64,000 nt of DNA from an uncultured Bacteroidia bacterium (GCA_902776565.1 CACYQN010000007.1:122246-186245), one strand, 5' to 3'; counted from the first letter of the stretch, positions 9,666 through 21,632 are shown. The notes: a model not told the origin generated them from the sequence alone. A program made the numbers and translations.

Positions 9666-11327
9666 ATGAATAGAATAGTTTTGTTAATTATAATAATAGC
9701 AGTTGCGGTTGCTTCATTTGCACAGACTGTTCCGCAGACTGTAAATTTTTCGGCAATCATCCGTGATGCCGACAACGTTCTGCTTGCAAATACTCCAGTA
9801 AATGTAAAAATTTCAATCCTTTCTGGTGGACAGAATGGAACTGTTGTATATTGTGCCGAACATAGTACCGTTACCGATGCTAATGGTTTTGTTTCTATCC
9901 AGCTTAACCGTGGCGAATATACTTGCGGTTGTAATAGCGCGCTCAACGTTCCTTTTTATGGTATTCCTTGGCATCTCGGCAATATATGGATGCGAGTTGA
10001 ATATAGGACAGATGGCGATTATGTGAATTTGGGCACTAAGGAAATAGCAAGCAATTATTACGCATTGGTGTCGAGGAAGGCAGAGAAACTGTCGAATATA
10101 AATTTTTATGTTGCCAATGCTCACGATGGCGAGGTGCTTGTTTATAGGGATGATATGGGATACTTCATTCCTATGACTTTGGACAGCTCTTATTATACAG
10201 AACTTCCAGCACCTTTAATGTCTGATGTTATTCGTAGTGGCAATTCGGCTGATGGAAGAAGGATTTCCGGTCTGGCAAACCCTGTAGATTCTAGCGATGC
10301 TGCAACAAAGTCGTATATTGATTCATTAGTTTCTGTTATTGATGCAACTGCCGAACATCTGTTCGATCCGCCTGTAATTGTTGCACCGGAAGTAGTAACA
10401 TCTTCATATAGGAATTTGACTTCAAATAGAGTGACTTTATATGGTTCGGTATATTATAATGGTGGTGAGCCAGCTACATGTGGTTTCGTATATGGCGTTG
10501 ACGAGCATAATATGTCAGATTCCGTAGTGGCGGACGGTGATGTTGGAGGATATAGCTACGAAGTTTCTGGTTTGCTGCCTTCTACTCAGTATTATTTCAA
10601 GGCTTTCGCAGCAAATTCTGTCGCAACAACCTATGGTGCGGTTGGCTCGTTTAAAACTGCGGTCGAAGCTGGCAGTTGCATAACCGGAACTTTTACAGAT
10701 TCGCGCGACGGAAATGTATATGCTACGGTTACCATTGGTGAGCAGACATGGATGGCGGAGAATTTGCGGTATAAGGGAAGTATCCCTTTCGCTGATGAGT
10801 ATCAGCCATACGTTATAGCAACAGATCAATATGTTGTATATCCGAATAACGATAGTTCAAATGTTGCCGTATATGGTTATCTATATAGTGAAACTGCTGC
10901 ATTAAATGGAACTGTTGCGTCGTCGCAAATTCCAAGCGGATTGCAAGGTGTTTGTCCGGATGGGTGGCATCTGCCAAGCGAAGGCGAATGGCAGCAGCTG
11001 ATAGATATGTTTGACAGGACTATTGTCTCTCCGCAACTGGCGGGAAGTTCCGAACTTTGGACAAGAGCCAATAGCCTATATGTCCATAATGCTAATTTCG
11101 GAGCAAGTGGTTTTAATGCAGTTCCTGCAGGAATATATACTTCTACAGGAGCTATGAACGAAAGGTATCAAGCTTTTGGACTTTCTGGTTTCTATTGGTC
11201 ATCAACTTACGATGAACCATTTGAACTTAAATTTTTAAATATTGCATATACTCAATGTGGTCTTGTTGTTGATCATGTATTTAGTCCTTATTATGCATAC
11301 TCTGTCCGTTGTGTCCGCGACAATTAG
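9666..11327 (+). CDS. Secreted fibre-like protein with FN3-like and FISUMP (Fibrobacter succinogenes major paralogous) domains
   Basis: VPQTVNFSAIIRD N-domain; GLLPSTQYYFKAFA FN3-like segment; FTDSRDGNVYATVTIGEQTWMAENL, GVCPDGWHLPS, SVRCVRD. Confidence 0.8.
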   Translation: MNRIVLLIIIIAVAVASFAQTVPQTVNFSAIIRDADNVLLANTPVNVKISILSGGQNGTVVYCAEHSTVTDANGFVSIQLNRGEYTCGCNSALNVPFYGIPWHLGNIWMRVEYRTDGDYVNLGTKEIASNYYALVSRKAEKLSNINFYVANAHDGEVLVYRDDMGYFIPMTLDSSYYTELPAPLMSDVIRSGNSADGRRISGLANPVDSSDAATKSYIDSLVSVIDATAEHLFDPPVIVAPEVVTSSYRNLTSNRVTLYGSVYYNGGEPATCGFVYGVDEHNMSDSVVADGDVGGYSYEVSGLLPSTQYYFKAFAANSVATTYGAVGSFKTAVEAGSCITGTFTDSRDGNVYATVTIGEQTWMAENLRYKGSIPFADEYQPYVIATDQYVVYPNNDSSNVAVYGYLYSETAALNGTVASSQIPSGLQGVCPDGWHLPSEGEWQQLIDMFDRTIVSPQLAGSSELWTRANSLYVHNANFGASGFNAVPAGIYTSTGAMNERYQAFGLSGFYWSSTYDEPFELKFLNIAYTQCGLVVDHVFSPYYAYSVRCVRDN

Positions 11328-11476
11328 CAAATGGATGACTTCTGTGGTTGTGTTTACTACAAAATAATGTCAATAATCGTACAGAAATTAACATCGCTTT
11401 TGTAACTTATTGTAATACAACAAATAAAAAATCTACAAAATCGTTCAAAAAAATTTGTCGGTATTGATTTTATGTG

Positions 11477-11484
11477 TACTTTTG
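11477..11484 (+). promoter_or_regulatory. Bacteroidetes -7 promoter box for rpsU
   Basis: TACTTTTG with a TTTG about 20 nt upstream. Confidence 0.65.
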
Positions 11485-11533
11485 CAGTCCAAAATTTTAA
11501 GAAACATAAATTAAAAATTAAAAAGATAACGAA

Positions 11534-11731
11534 ATGATTATTGTACCTGTAAAAGAAGGCGAAAACATCGATAGAGCCTTGAAGAAATTCAAAAGAAAAT
11601 TCGAAAAGACTGGTGTTGTAAAGGAATTAAGAGCACGTCAGCAGTTTGACAAGCAGTCTGTTATTAAGCGCCAGCAGAAGCTCCACGCAATTTACGTACA
11701 GAAATTGCAGAGCATGCAGGAAAATAATTAA
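11534..11731 (+). CDS. rpsU: 30S ribosomal protein bS21
   Basis: MIIVPVKEGENIDRALKKFKRKF; Bacteroidetes Tyr54 present. Confidence 0.97.
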   Translation: MIIVPVKEGENIDRALKKFKRKFEKTGVVKELRARQQFDKQSVIKRQQKLHAIYVQKLQSMQENN

Positions 11732-11794
11732 AAATATTTTTGTTTTCATTTTTATTTCTTATATTTGCTTCTCCGTAGAAATGGGAGACGGCGA

Positions 11795-12685
11795 ATGGAA
11801 ATAAAGATGTTCACGGAATATTTGAGGCTCGAACGTAGAAGTTCCGAGCACACGGTAAAATCTTACGAAACTGATTTGCTTCAGTTTCGTGATTTTATTT
11901 GTGGTAACTCAAATAGTATTCCAGTATGTGAGTATTTTACCGACAAGAATGTCAGAATGTGGATGATGAACCTCAAGGAATGCGGAATATCATCACGAAG
12001 CATCAATCGGAAGCTGTCGAGCCTGAAGGCTTTTGCCAATTACTTGAAGAAAGTAGGCAAGATGGACAGGAATCCTATGGCTAAGATTTCAAGTCAGAAG
12101 ACAAGCAAGCGTCTGCCCGAGTTTGTTGCCGAAAACGACATGAACAAGATGACAACGAACGACTTTTATCCCGAAGGTTTCGCTGGCAAACGCGACGAGT
12201 TTATGGTGGAACTTTTCTATGCCACCGGTATGCGTCTGTCGGAACTAATCAACCTCAAGCATCTCGACTTTTTGCCTGCCGAACGTCAGGTGAAAGTTTT
12301 CGGAAAAAGAAGCAAGGAAAGAATCTGCCCGTTGAACGACTATATTATTAATAGGTATAACGAGTATCTTGAGCAGAAAAAGGAGAAAGGCTTCGATGTT
12401 AGTTCGCAGGCTTGGCTTCTGGTGACCGACAGGGGCGGAAAGTTGTACGACAAGTTCGTTTATCGAAAGATTACACATTATCTTGGCGAAGTCACAAGCA
12501 TCGACAAGAAAAGTCCGCACGTTCTGCGCCACACATTCGCCACCCAGATGCTCAACAACGGAGCCGACCTCAATTCCATAAAGGAGTTGCTCGGTCACGC
12601 AAGCCTGTCGGCGACGCAGGTATATACGCACAATACATTCGAGAAATTAAAAACAGTTTATAAACAAGCTCATCCACGAGCATAA
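11795..12685 (+). CDS. xerC: Tyrosine recombinase XerC-like
   Basis: [40 protein letters not shown]; usual rpsU-xerC-hpf synteny. Confidence 0.85.
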   Translation: MEIKMFTEYLRLERRSSEHTVKSYETDLLQFRDFICGNSNSIPVCEYFTDKNVRMWMMNLKECGISSRSINRKLSSLKAFANYLKKVGKMDRNPMAKISSQKTSKRLPEFVAENDMNKMTTNDFYPEGFAGKRDEFMVELFYATGMRLSELINLKHLDFLPAERQVKVFGKRSKERICPLNDYIINRYNEYLEQKKEKGFDVSSQAWLLVTDRGGKLYDKFVYRKITHYLGEVTSIDKKSPHVLRHTFATQMLNNGADLNSIKELLGHASLSATQVYTHNTFEKLKTVYKQAHPRA

Positions 12686-12703
12686 AAATGAAAGGGAAAA
12701 GAT

Positions 12704-13003
12704 ATGAACGTAAAAGTACAGTCGGTTCAGTTCGACGCTGACCAAAAGTTATTGGATTATGTTGATAAGAAAGTTGGTAAATTGTCGCAGATGGCTGACA
12801 ATATTTTGAGCGCAGAAGTTATTTTACGCCTCGACAAGTCGGAAACTAACGAAAATAAGATAGCAGAAGTCAGCCTTGAAGTGCCAAAATTGACAGGTTT
12901 GTTCGCAAAACGTCAGTGCAAGACTTTTGAGGAAGCCGTTGATTTATCGGTAGATGCGTTGAAAAAACAGCTTGTAAAAGCAAAAGAAAAACAACGTGAT
13001 TAA
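12704..13003 (+). CDS. hpf: Ribosome hibernation factor HPF/RaiA
   Basis: VQSVQFDADQKL...TFEEAVDLSVDALKKQL; synteny. Confidence 0.9.
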   Translation: MNVKVQSVQFDADQKLLDYVDKKVGKLSQMADNILSAEVILRLDKSETNENKIAEVSLEVPKLTGLFAKRQCKTFEEAVDLSVDALKKQLVKAKEKQRD

Positions 13004-13106
13004 AAAAATTAAAAAAAATTTTGCCAGTAAAAAATAATCATCTATATTTGCAGTCCCTTTCGAAGGGGTAAAACGATCTTTAAAAAGTGTTGATGATTAT
13101 TTTTTA

Positions 13107-13179
13107 GCCGATGTAGCTCAGCTGGTAGAGCAGCTGATTTGTAATCAGCCGGTCGGCGGTTCGAATCCGTTCATCGGCT
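13107..13179 (+). tRNA. tRNA-Thr(TGT)
   Basis: GCCGATG/CATCGGC acceptor stem; gctga-tttgtaa-tcagc anticodon arm. Confidence 0.96.
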
Positions 13180-13192
13180 CAAAAAATGGTCT

Positions 13193-13275
13193 GGGGAGAT
13201 ACCAAAGTGGCCAACTGGAGCAGACTGTAAATCTGTTGTCGTAAGACTTCGGAGGTTCGAATCCTTCTCTCCCCA
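13193..13275 (+). tRNA. tRNA-Tyr(GTA)
   Basis: GGGGAGA/TCTCCCC acceptor stem; ctgtaaa loop; long variable arm. Confidence 0.96.
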
Positions 13276-13290
13276 CTACAGGGAAGATGC

Positions 13291-13364
<74 letters not shown>

Positions 13365-13369
13365 AAAAA

Positions 13370-13441
<72 letters not shown>

Positions 13442-13512
13442 CTTTTTTTGTGTTTATATATTAATAGGTAAATAAAGTAATTTAAGTATTATCATTAAAT
13501 AAATTTGAAGTC

Positions 13513-14700
13513 ATGGCTAAAGAGAAATTTGAAAGGACGAAACCGCACGTTAACATTGGTACCATTGGACACGTTGACCACGGTAAGACCACATTAACAT
13601 CTGCTATTACTAAGGTATTGGCAAAGAAGGGCTTGTCGGAAGTAAAGGATTTTGACGCAATCGACAACGCTCCAGAAGAAAAGGAAAGAGGTATAACCAT
13701 CAACACAGCTCACGTTGAATACCAGACTGAAACCCGCCACTATGCACACGTTGACTGCCCAGGTCACGCCGACTATGTAAAGAACATGGTTACTGGTGCT
13801 GCTCAGATGGACGGTGCTATCTTGGTAGTTGCTGCAACTGACGGTCCTATGCCACAGACAAACGAACACGTACTTCTCGCTAAGCAGGTAAACGTACCTA
13901 AGATGGTTGTTTTCCTCAATAAGTGCGATATGGTTGACGATGAAGAATTGCTCGACCTCGTAGAAATGGAAGTTCGTGACCTTCTTACTAAGTATGATTT
14001 CGACGGTGACAACACTCCGGTTATCCGCGGTTCTGCACTTGGTGCTTTGAATGGCGAACCTCAGTGGGAAGCTAAGGTTGAAGAACTTATGGCTGCTGTT
14101 GACAGCTGGATTCCTCTGCCAAAGCGTGAGAACGAAAAGCCGTTCTTGATGCCTGTTGAAGACGTATTCTCGATCACTGGTCGTGGTACTGTTGCAACTG
14201 GTCGTATCGAAACTGGTGTTATCCACGTTGGTGATAAGGTTCAGATCGTTGGTTTGAGCGACGAATTCAAGGACACCACCGTTACCGGTGTTGAAATGTT
14301 CCGTAAGCTCCTCGACGAAGGTGAAGCTGGTGACAACGTAGGTTTGTTGCTCCGCGGTATCGACAAGGACGAAGTTAAGAGAGGTGAAGTTATCGCTGCT
14401 CCTGGTTCAATCCACCCGCACACTCACTTCAAGGCTGAAGTTTACGTTCTTACTAAGGAAGAAGGTGGACGTCACACTCCATTCCAGAACCACTACCGTC
14501 CTCAGTTCTTCTTGAGAACTTTGGATATCACTGGCGAAATCGCTCTTCCAGAAGGAACCGAAATGGTAATGCCTGGTGATAATGTAACTATCGACGTTAC
14601 TTTGATTTACCCGGTTGCATTGAACGTAGGTCTCCGTTTCGCAATCCGCGAAGGTGGTAGAACAGTTGGTGCTGGTCAGATTACCGAAATCGTTGAATAA
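13513..14700 (+). CDS. tuf: Elongation factor Tu
   Basis: [24 protein letters not shown]. Confidence 0.99.
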   Translation: MAKEKFERTKPHVNIGTIGHVDHGKTTLTSAITKVLAKKGLSEVKDFDAIDNAPEEKERGITINTAHVEYQTETRHYAHVDCPGHADYVKNMVTGAAQMDGAILVVAATDGPMPQTNEHVLLAKQVNVPKMVVFLNKCDMVDDEELLDLVEMEVRDLLTKYDFDGDNTPVIRGSALGALNGEPQWEAKVEELMAAVDSWIPLPKRENEKPFLMPVEDVFSITGRGTVATGRIETGVIHVGDKVQIVGLSDEFKDTTVTGVEMFRKLLDEGEAGDNVGLLLRGIDKDEVKRGEVIAAPGSIHPHTHFKAEVYVLTKEEGGRHTPFQNHYRPQFFLRTLDITGEIALPEGTEMVMPGDNVTIDVTLIYPVALNVGLRFAIREGGRTVGAGQITEIVE

Positions 14701-14714
14701 TTAATGATTTACAT

Positions 14715-14743
14715 AAAGTGATGGGAGTTTCTCCCGTCACTTT
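14715..14743 (+). terminator. Hairpin between tuf and tRNA-Trp (terminator or processing site)
   Basis: aaagtgatgggag-ttt-ctcccgtcacttt. Confidence 0.6.
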
Positions 14744-14748
14744 GTAAT

Positions 14749-14821
14749 ACGGGTGTAGCTCAGTTGGTAGAGCACTAGTCTCCAAAACTAGGTGTCGGGA
14801 GTTCGAGCCTCTCTACCCGTG
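14749..14821 (+). tRNA. tRNA-Trp(CCA)
   Basis: ctagt-ctccaaa-actag anticodon arm; usual tuf-trp-secE position. Confidence 0.95.
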
Positions 14822-14845
14822 CAAGACAAAGAATTATACGCTATA

Positions 14846-15040
14846 ATGAAGAAGATTAAAGCATATTTCGCCAACGTTTACGAAGAGTTGGTTAAGAAAG
14901 TTACCTGGCCGAAATGGTCAGAACTTCAAAGTAGTGCAATAGTGGTAATGGTTGCTTCCTTAATATTTGCTCTTGTAATCTTTGTAATGGACTTTGCATT
15001 CAAAGGTCTGTTGGAATGGGTTTACAAGATATTTTATTAA
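14846..15040 (+). CDS. secE: Preprotein translocase subunit SecE
   Basis: ELVKKVTWPKWSELQ plus one TM helix; ATG at 14846. Confidence 0.95.
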   Translation: MKKIKAYFANVYEELVKKVTWPKWSELQSSAIVVMVASLIFALVIFVMDFAFKGLLEWVYKIFY

Positions 15041-15063
15041 ACCAGTTTTTTTCGATTGGAGTT

Positions 15064-15609
15064 ATGTCAGAAGTTACTAAAAAATGGTATGTTGTGCGCG
15101 CATTGAGCGGCAAGGAGAAGAAGGTGAAGGAGTATCTCGAAAGCGAAATCCAGCATCGTAATCTTACCGAGCAGGTGCCTCAGATACTAATTCCAACAGA
15201 AAAAGTTTATCAAGTTAGAAACGGAAAGCCAGTTCACAAGGAAAGAAATTTCTTCCCGGGCTATATCCTTATCCAAGCTGCCCTCGATGGTGAGGTCGAG
15301 CATGTGATAAAGAGCGTGACCGGCGTGATAGGTTTTCTTGGAACCAAAGACGGAAAGGCAGTTCCCCTGAGAAACGACGAGGCTGCAAGGATTCTCGGCA
15401 AGGTTGATGAATTGTCCGAAAATGCGGACGAAATCACAGTGCCGTTCTTTGTTGGCGAGGCCGTAAAGGTGACCGACGGACCGTTCAACGGTTTCAGTGG
15501 TGTAATTGAAGAAGTGTATGATGAGAGGAAGAAATTGAAGGTTATGGTTACCATCTTCGGTAGGAAGACCCCAATTGAACTTCGATTCATGCAAGTCGAA
15601 AAAGAGTAA
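15064..15609 (+). CDS. nusG: Transcription termination/antitermination factor NusG
   Basis: WYVVRALSGKE, FFPGY, KOW motif DGPFNGF, IFGRKTP. Confidence 0.97.
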   Translation: MSEVTKKWYVVRALSGKEKKVKEYLESEIQHRNLTEQVPQILIPTEKVYQVRNGKPVHKERNFFPGYILIQAALDGEVEHVIKSVTGVIGFLGTKDGKAVPLRNDEAARILGKVDELSENADEITVPFFVGEAVKVTDGPFNGFSGVIEEVYDERKKLKVMVTIFGRKTPIELRFMQVEKE

Positions 15610-15632
15610 TCTAAAGTAATAACGGAAAAGTT

Positions 15633-16082
15633 ATGGCAAAACAGATTGGCGGTTTTATTAAACTGCAAATTAAAGGTGGTGCTGCAAATCCAGCTCCTCC
15701 GGTAGGTCCAGCTTTAGGTTCGAAGGGTTTGAACATCATGGAGTTCTGCAAACAGTTCAACGGCAGAACCCAGACTCCGCAGACCGCAGGTAAGGTATTG
15801 CCTGTTGTCATCACTTATTATAGTGACAAATCCTTCGACTTCGTAGTAAAGACCCCGCCGGTTGCCGTTCAGTTGATGGAAGTTGCTAAGGTTAAGAAGG
15901 GTTCGTCAGAACCTAACCGTTCGAAGGTCGGCTCTATCACTTGGGATCAGGTGAAGACCATAGCCGAAGGTAAGATGGTTGACATGAACGCTTTCACAAT
16001 CGACTCGGCAATGAGCATGGTTGCAGGAACAGCTAGAAGTATGGGAATCGCAGTAAAGGGCGACTCTCCAATTAAGAAATAA
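15633..16082 (+). CDS. rplK: 50S ribosomal protein L11
   Basis: [19 protein letters not shown]. Confidence 0.98.
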   Translation: MAKQIGGFIKLQIKGGAANPAPPVGPALGSKGLNIMEFCKQFNGRTQTPQTAGKVLPVVITYYSDKSFDFVVKTPPVAVQLMEVAKVKKGSSEPNRSKVGSITWDQVKTIAEGKMVDMNAFTIDSAMSMVAGTARSMGIAVKGDSPIKK

Positions 16083-16099
16083 TTTAAGTACTTTTTGAA

Positions 16100-16792
16100 A
16101 TGACAAAAATTAGTAAGAAAAGAAAAGTTGCTTTGTCTAAAATAGAAAATGGCAAGAAGTACGATCTTCAGGAAGCTGCTAAATTAGTAAAGGAAATAAC
16201 TTACACAAAGTTCGATGCATCTGTTGATTTGGATGTTCGCCTTGGTGTTGACCCTCGTAAGGCCAACCAGATGGTAAGGGGTATCACCACATTGCCTCAC
16301 GGAACCGGTAAGCAGGTTCGCGTATTGGTATTGTGTACTCCCGACAAGGAGCAGGAAGCGAAGAATGCAGGCGCCGACTATGTAGGTTTGGATGACTATA
16401 TCGAGAAGATCCAAGGCGGTTGGACCGATGTTGACATCATCATCACTATGCCGATGGTAATGGCTAAGATAGGTAAGTTGGGTAGAATATTAGGTCCTAG
16501 AGGCTTGATGCCAAACCCAAAGACCGGAACAGTTACCATGGAAGTCGGTAAGGCAGTAGAGGATGTTAAGAAGGGTAAAATCGACTTCAAGGTTGACAAG
16601 TTTGGTATCATTCACGCTGGTATCGGTAAGGTTTCGTTCGAAGCCAACAAGATAGCCGACAACGCAAACGAATTGCTCCAGACTATCATCAAGTTGAAGC
16701 CGGCAGCTGCTAAGGGAACTTACGTAAAGAGCGTTTACCTTTCAAGCACAATGAGTCCTGGAATAGAAATCGATACAAAAACAATTAATTAG
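16100..16792 (+). CDS. rplA: 50S ribosomal protein L1
   Basis: [21 protein letters not shown]. Confidence 0.98.
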   Translation: MTKISKKRKVALSKIENGKKYDLQEAAKLVKEITYTKFDASVDLDVRLGVDPRKANQMVRGITTLPHGTGKQVRVLVLCTPDKEQEAKNAGADYVGLDDYIEKIQGGWTDVDIIITMPMVMAKIGKLGRILGPRGLMPNPKTGTVTMEVGKAVEDVKKGKIDFKVDKFGIIHAGIGKVSFEANKIADNANELLQTIIKLKPAAAKGTYVKSVYLSSTMSPGIEIDTKTIN

Positions 16793-16804
16793 TAACACAC
16801 GAGT

Positions 16805-17323
16805 ATGAAACGAGAAGACAAGAATGCTCTTATCGAGAGCCTGAAGTCAGCAGTAGAACAATACAATCACTTCTACGTAGCCGACATTTCAGGATTGAAC
16901 GCTAAGCAGACTTATACGCTTAGAAAAAAATGCTTCGAGAAAGACATTGAACTGATTGTTGTTAAGAATACCTTCTTTAGAAAGGCATTGGAACGTATCG
17001 GCAACGGTTACGAAGAATTGTATCCCGTTTTGGTTGAAAATTCCGCAGTAATGTTCTGCAACACGGCTAACGTGCCTGCAAAGCTCATCAAGGAATTGAA
17101 CCAGAAGAGCGACAAGCCTCTTTTCAAGGGTGCATACGCTGAGGAATCCATCTATGTCGGACAGTCCAACCTCGAGGCATTAGCTAGCCTCAAGTCTAAG
17201 GAAGAACTTATTGGTGATGTTATATTATTGTTGCAGTCGCCGATGAAGACCGTATTGGGACAACTCGAATCAGGCAAAAATTTATTAGGAGGTTTAGTAA
17301 AAACCTTATCAGAGAGAGAATAA
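16805..17323 (+). CDS. rplJ: 50S ribosomal protein L10
   Basis: VVKNTF, LASLKSKEELI; synteny. Confidence 0.96.
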   Translation: MKREDKNALIESLKSAVEQYNHFYVADISGLNAKQTYTLRKKCFEKDIELIVVKNTFFRKALERIGNGYEELYPVLVENSAVMFCNTANVPAKLIKELNQKSDKPLFKGAYAEESIYVGQSNLEALASLKSKEELIGDVILLLQSPMKTVLGQLESGKNLLGGLVKTLSERE

Positions 17324-17361
17324 AAGAATTTAAAAGTTAAAAAAGTTAAAAATTTATAAAA

Positions 17362-17739
17362 ATGGCAGATCTTAAGAAATTGGCAGAAGAATTAGTTAAT
17401 CTTACTGTTAAAGACGTAAACGAATTGGCAAACATCCTTAAGGAAGAATATGGTATCGAACCAGCAGCAGCAGCAGCAGTAGTAGCAGCTCCAGCAGCAG
17501 GCGCAGCAGCAGAAGCAGCAGCAGAAAAGACCGAATTTGATGTAATCCTCAAGGCAGCTGGTCCAAAGAAATTGGACGTAGTAAAGGTTGTTAAGACTTT
17601 GACTGGCCTCGGATTGAAGGAAGCCAAGGAATTAGTTGACGCAGCTCCAAAACCTGTAAAAGAAGGTGTTGCTAAGGACGAAGCAGAATCTTTGAAGAAG
17701 CAGTTGGAAGAAGTTGGAGCAGAAGTTGAACTTAAATAA
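17362..17739 (+). CDS. rplL: 50S ribosomal protein L7/L12
   Basis: Ala-rich hinge, [19 protein letters not shown]. Confidence 0.98.
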   Translation: MADLKKLAEELVNLTVKDVNELANILKEEYGIEPAAAAAVVAAPAAGAAAEAAAEKTEFDVILKAAGPKKLDVVKVVKTLTGLGLKEAKELVDAAPKPVKEGVAKDEAESLKKQLEEVGAEVELK

Positions 17740-17762
17740 ACGACTTTTGTTGCATAATTTAT

Positions 17763-17793
17763 AGGTTTAGACCCCCTCGGGGGGTTTAAACCT
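17763..17793 (+). terminator. Attenuator-like hairpin between rplL and rpoB
   Basis: aggtttagaccccc-tcg-gggggtttaaacct followed by a T-rich tract. Confidence 0.65.
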
Positions 17794-17828
17794 TTGTTGG
17801 TTTAGGTTCATTTTTAAAAATTGCGACA

Positions 17829-20800
17829 ATGGCTGTTAATACAAATCAAAGAATAAATTTTTCAACAACAAGGAATCAGCTGGAATATCCGGATTTCTTG
17901 GAAATACAAATAAAATCGTTTAAAGATTTCGTTCAGCTCGATTCAACCGCTGAACAAAGAAAGTCGGAAGGGTTATATCAGGTTTTCGCCGAAAACTTCC
18001 CTATAACCGATACCCGCAACAATTTCGAACTGCAGTTTATCGACTATACCTTGGACCCTCCAAGATACAGCATCGAGCAGTGCATTGATAGAGGTCTTAC
18101 ATATTGCGTTCCGCTGAAAGCCAAGTTGAGACTTACCTGCAGCGACGAGGAACACGAAGACTTCGAAGATTCCATTCAGGATGTATGGTTAGGTACAATA
18201 CCTTATATGACACCGAGCGGTACTTTCGTTATCAACGGTGCCGAAAGGGTCGTGGTATCACAGTTGCACAGGTCGCCGGGCGTATTCTTCAGCCAGTCGA
18301 TGCATACCAACGGTACCAAATTGTATTCGGCAAGAGTTATCCCGTTCAAGGGTGCTTGGATAGAATTTGCTACCGATATAAATACAGTGATGTATGCTTA
18401 TATCGACAGAAAGAAGAAATTGCCTGTAACAACTTTGTTGAGGGCTATAGGTTTCGAAAACGATAAGGATATTCTTGAAATCTTTGATTTGGCAGACGAA
18501 ATAAAGGTTTCAAAGACCGCTTTGAAGAAGGTTGTCGGAAGACGCCTTGCCGCAAGAGTACTTAAGACTTGGATTGAGGACTTCGTTGACGAAGATACCG
18601 CAGAAGTTGTATCTCTCGAAAGAAATGAAATTGTTCTCGACCGCGAGACCGTTATCGAAAATGAACACATTGATAAGATTGTGGAAGCTGGTGTAAAGAC
18701 TATCCTCCTCCACAAGGAGAATCAGAAGATTTCCGACTACGCAATCATCTACAACACTTTGCAGAAAGATACCTGCAACTCCGAAAAGGAAGCAGTTTTC
18801 TATATATACCGCCAGCTCAGAAATGCAGAACCACCCGACGAGGCAACAGCACGCGACGTCATCGACAAGCTGTTCTTCTCCGATAAGAGATACGACCTCG
18901 GCGATGTTGGCCGCTACAGAATCAACCAGAAACTGGCTCTTGATGTACCGGATACAACCCGCGTACTTACTAAGGAAGACATCATCGCCATCATAAAGTA
19001 CTTGATTGAACTTATCAACTCGAAGGCTGATGTTGATGATATCGACCACTTGAGCAACCGTAGGGTAAGAACCGTTGGCGAGCAGCTCGCAAACCAGTTC
19101 AGCGTTGGTTTGGCTCGTATGGCTCGTACCATCAGGGAAAGAATGAACGTTCGTGACAATGAAGTTTTCCACCCAATGGACCTTATCAACTCGAAGATTT
19201 TGTCTTCGGTGATAAACTCGTTCTTCGGAACTAACCAGTTGTCGCAGTTTATGGACCAGATTAACCCGTTGGCAGAAATTACCCACAAGAGACGTCTGTC
19301 GGCTTTGGGTCCTGGCGGTCTGTCGCGCGAAAGAGCTGGTTTCGAAGTCCGTGACGTTCACTACACTCACTACGGCCGTCTGTGCCCGATTGAAACCCCT
19401 GAAGGACCAAACATCGGTCTTATCTCTTCGCTTTGCGTTTACGCTAAGATTAACAACCTCGGTTTCATCGAGACTCCTTACAGAAAAGTTTCCGATAATG
19501 CTGTAAGCTTCAACGATATAGTATATCTGAGCGCAGAACAGGAAACTGGTTTGGTGGTGGCTCAGGCAAATGCAGAAGTCGATGACGAAGGCAAGTTCCA
19601 GAGCAACAGGGTTAAGGCAAGAAAGGAAGGCGACTATGTGGTTGTTACTCCCGAAGAAGTTCAGCTTATGGACGTTGCTCCTAACCAGATTTCATCTATC
19701 GCCGCATCATTGATTCCTTTCTTGGAGCACGACGATGCTAACCGTGCGTTGATGGGTTCGAACATGATGCGTCAGGCTGTTCCGCTGCTTCGTCCCGAAG
19801 CTCCAATCGTCGGTACCGGCATCGAGCACATGGTTGCTCAGGATTCGAGGATACTTCTCGTTGCCGAAGGTAGTGGTGTTGTCGAATATGTTGACGCTGA
19901 AAAGATTATCATAAAGTACGACAGGACAGACGAGGAAAGGTTCGTAAGCTTCGTCGGCGATTCTGTTGAATACAAGATTCCGAAATTCAGGAAGACAAAC
20001 CAGAATACATGCATCAATCTTCGCCCTGTTGTAACAAAGGGACAGAAGGTTACCAAGGGTATGATTCTTACCGAAGGTTACGGAACTCAGGGCGGTGACC
20101 TCGCTTTGGGTCGCAACTTGAAGGTTGCTTTCATGCCTTGGAAGGGTTACAACTACGAGGATGCAATCGTGCTTAACGAAAGGGTTGTGCGCGAGGACTT
20201 CTTCACATCTATCCACATCACCGACTATCAGCTCGAAGTTCGCGAAACCAAGCGTGGTATGGAGGAACTTACTTCCGATATTCCTAACGTTAGCGAAACC
20301 GCAACCAAGGACCTTGACGAAAACGGTATCATCCGCGTTGGTGCAAGGGTTAAGCCGGGCGATATAATGATAGGTAAGATTACACCTAAGGGCGAAAGCG
20401 ACCCGTCACCAGAAGAGAAACTCTTGAGAGCTATCTTCGGTGAAAAGGCTGGCGATGTTAAGGATGCTTCATTGAAGGCTTCCCCATCGACAAGCGGTGT
20501 TGTTATCGACAAGAAGTTGTATTCGAGAAGCATAAAGGACAGAAAGACAAAGACTCAGGACAAGATATTGGTAGAGGCAATCGAAGAAGTCGAAAGGAAG
20601 GAACTCGACAAGCTGAAGGATATTCTTATCGACAAGTTGTTTGTCCTTGTAAACGGAAAGACTTCGCAGGGCGTAAAGGACAACCTGGACCAGGTTGTAA
20701 TACAGAAGGGCGTAAAATATACCCAGAAGTTGTTGCAGGGCGTTGACTTCATCAACGTTAACCCCAACAAGTGGACGACCGACAAGTCGCGCAACGACCA

Positions 20801-21632
20801 GATAGCAAAGATTTTGTTCAACTATATGGTTGAATACAAGAAGATTACTGGTAAATACAGACGCGAAAAGTTAGATATTACCATTGGCGACGAACTTCCA
20901 TCGGGCATCATGCAGATGGCTAAGGTTTACCTCGCAAGCAAGCGTGTAATCAGAGTTGGTGATAAGCTCGCAGGCCGTCACGGTAACAAGGGTATCCTTG
21001 CACGTATCGTACGTCAGGAAGATATGCCTTTCCTTGACGATGGTACTCCTGTTGACATTGTACTTAACCCGTTGGGCGTACCTTCGCGTATGAACCTCGG
21101 TCAGATTTACGAAACAGTTCTCGGTTGGGCAGGACGCGTTCTCGGATGCAAGTTCGCAACTCCTATCTTCGACGGTGCAAGCCTCGAACAGATTTGCGAA
21201 TACACCGACAAGGCAGGTGTTCCTCGCTACGGAAAGACTTGGTTGTACGACGGTGGCACAGGCCGCAAGTTCGACCAGCCTGCAACTGTTGGTGTCATCT
21301 ACATGCTGAAACTCGGTCACATGGTCGAGGACAAGATGCACGCACGTTCGATTGGTCCATACTCACTTATCACTCAGCAACCGTTGGGAGGTAAGGCTCA
21401 GTTCGGTGGACAGCGTTTCGGTGAAATGGAAGTCTGGGCACTCGAGGCATTCGGTGCAGCAAACGTACTGCAGGAAATACTTACTGTTAAGTCTGATGAT
21501 GTTGTCGGCAGGGCAAAGACCTACGAAAGCATTGTCAAGGGCGAACAGATGCCAGTGCCGGGAATCCCCGAATCGTTGAATGTGTTGTTGCACGAATTAA
21601 GAGGTTTGTGCTTGAAAATTAATCTTGAATAA
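17829..21632 (+). CDS. rpoB: RNA polymerase beta subunit
   Basis: [24 protein letters not shown]. Confidence 0.99.
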   Translation: MAVNTNQRINFSTTRNQLEYPDFLEIQIKSFKDFVQLDSTAEQRKSEGLYQVFAENFPITDTRNNFELQFIDYTLDPPRYSIEQCIDRGLTYCVPLKAKLRLTCSDEEHEDFEDSIQDVWLGTIPYMTPSGTFVINGAERVVVSQLHRSPGVFFSQSMHTNGTKLYSARVIPFKGAWIEFATDINTVMYAYIDRKKKLPVTTLLRAIGFENDKDILEIFDLADEIKVSKTALKKVVGRRLAARVLKTWIEDFVDEDTAEVVSLERNEIVLDRETVIENEHIDKIVEAGVKTILLHKENQKISDYAIIYNTLQKDTCNSEKEAVFYIYRQLRNAEPPDEATARDVIDKLFFSDKRYDLGDVGRYRINQKLALDVPDTTRVLTKEDIIAIIKYLIELINSKADVDDIDHLSNRRVRTVGEQLANQFSVGLARMARTIRERMNVRDNEVFHPMDLINSKILSSVINSFFGTNQLSQFMDQINPLAEITHKRRLSALGPGGLSRERAGFEVRDVHYTHYGRLCPIETPEGPNIGLISSLCVYAKINNLGFIETPYRKVSDNAVSFNDIVYLSAEQETGLVVAQANAEVDDEGKFQSNRVKARKEGDYVVVTPEEVQLMDVAPNQISSIAASLIPFLEHDDANRALMGSNMMRQAVPLLRPEAPIVGTGIEHMVAQDSRILLVAEGSGVVEYVDAEKIIIKYDRTDEERFVSFVGDSVEYKIPKFRKTNQNTCINLRPVVTKGQKVTKGMILTEGYGTQGGDLALGRNLKVAFMPWKGYNYEDAIVLNERVVREDFFTSIHITDYQLEVRETKRGMEELTSDIPNVSETATKDLDENGIIRVGARVKPGDIMIGKITPKGESDPSPEEKLLRAIFGEKAGDVKDASLKASPSTSGVVIDKKLYSRSIKDRKTKTQDKILVEAIEEVERKELDKLKDILIDKLFVLVNGKTSQGVKDNLDQVVIQKGVKYTQKLLQGVDFINVNPNKWTTDKSRNDQIAKILFNYMVEYKKITGKYRREKLDITIGDELPSGIMQMAKVYLASKRVIRVGDKLAGRHGNKGILARIVRQEDMPFLDDGTPVDIVLNPLGVPSRMNLGQIYETVLGWAGRVLGCKFATPIFDGASLEQICEYTDKAGVPRYGKTWLYDGGTGRKFDQPATVGVIYMLKLGHMVEDKMHARSIGPYSLITQQPLGGKAQFGGQRFGEMEVWALEAFGAANVLQEILTVKSDDVVGRAKTYESIVKGEQMPVPGIPESLNVLLHELRGLCLKINLE

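Noticed and set aside
7084-11327. Diversity-generating retroelement targeting the DUF1566-like/FISUMP tips
   Set aside because: No reverse transcriptase and no template repeat differing only at adenines was seen in the window; a trans-acting DGR elsewhere cannot be excluded
11500-11533. SD-based autoregulation of rpsU as described in Flavobacterium
   Set aside because: The upstream sequence is A-rich with no SD
11795-12685. Phage or island integrase next to a tRNA cluster
   Set aside because: rpsU-xerC-hpf-tRNA is the standard Bacteroidetes arrangement, and no att duplication was seen
17463-17523. GCA trinucleotide repeat
   Set aside because: Encodes the normal Ala-rich hinge of L7/L12
18510-19370. 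286-aa ORF antisense to rpoB
   Set aside because: Shadow frame of a codon-biased core gene
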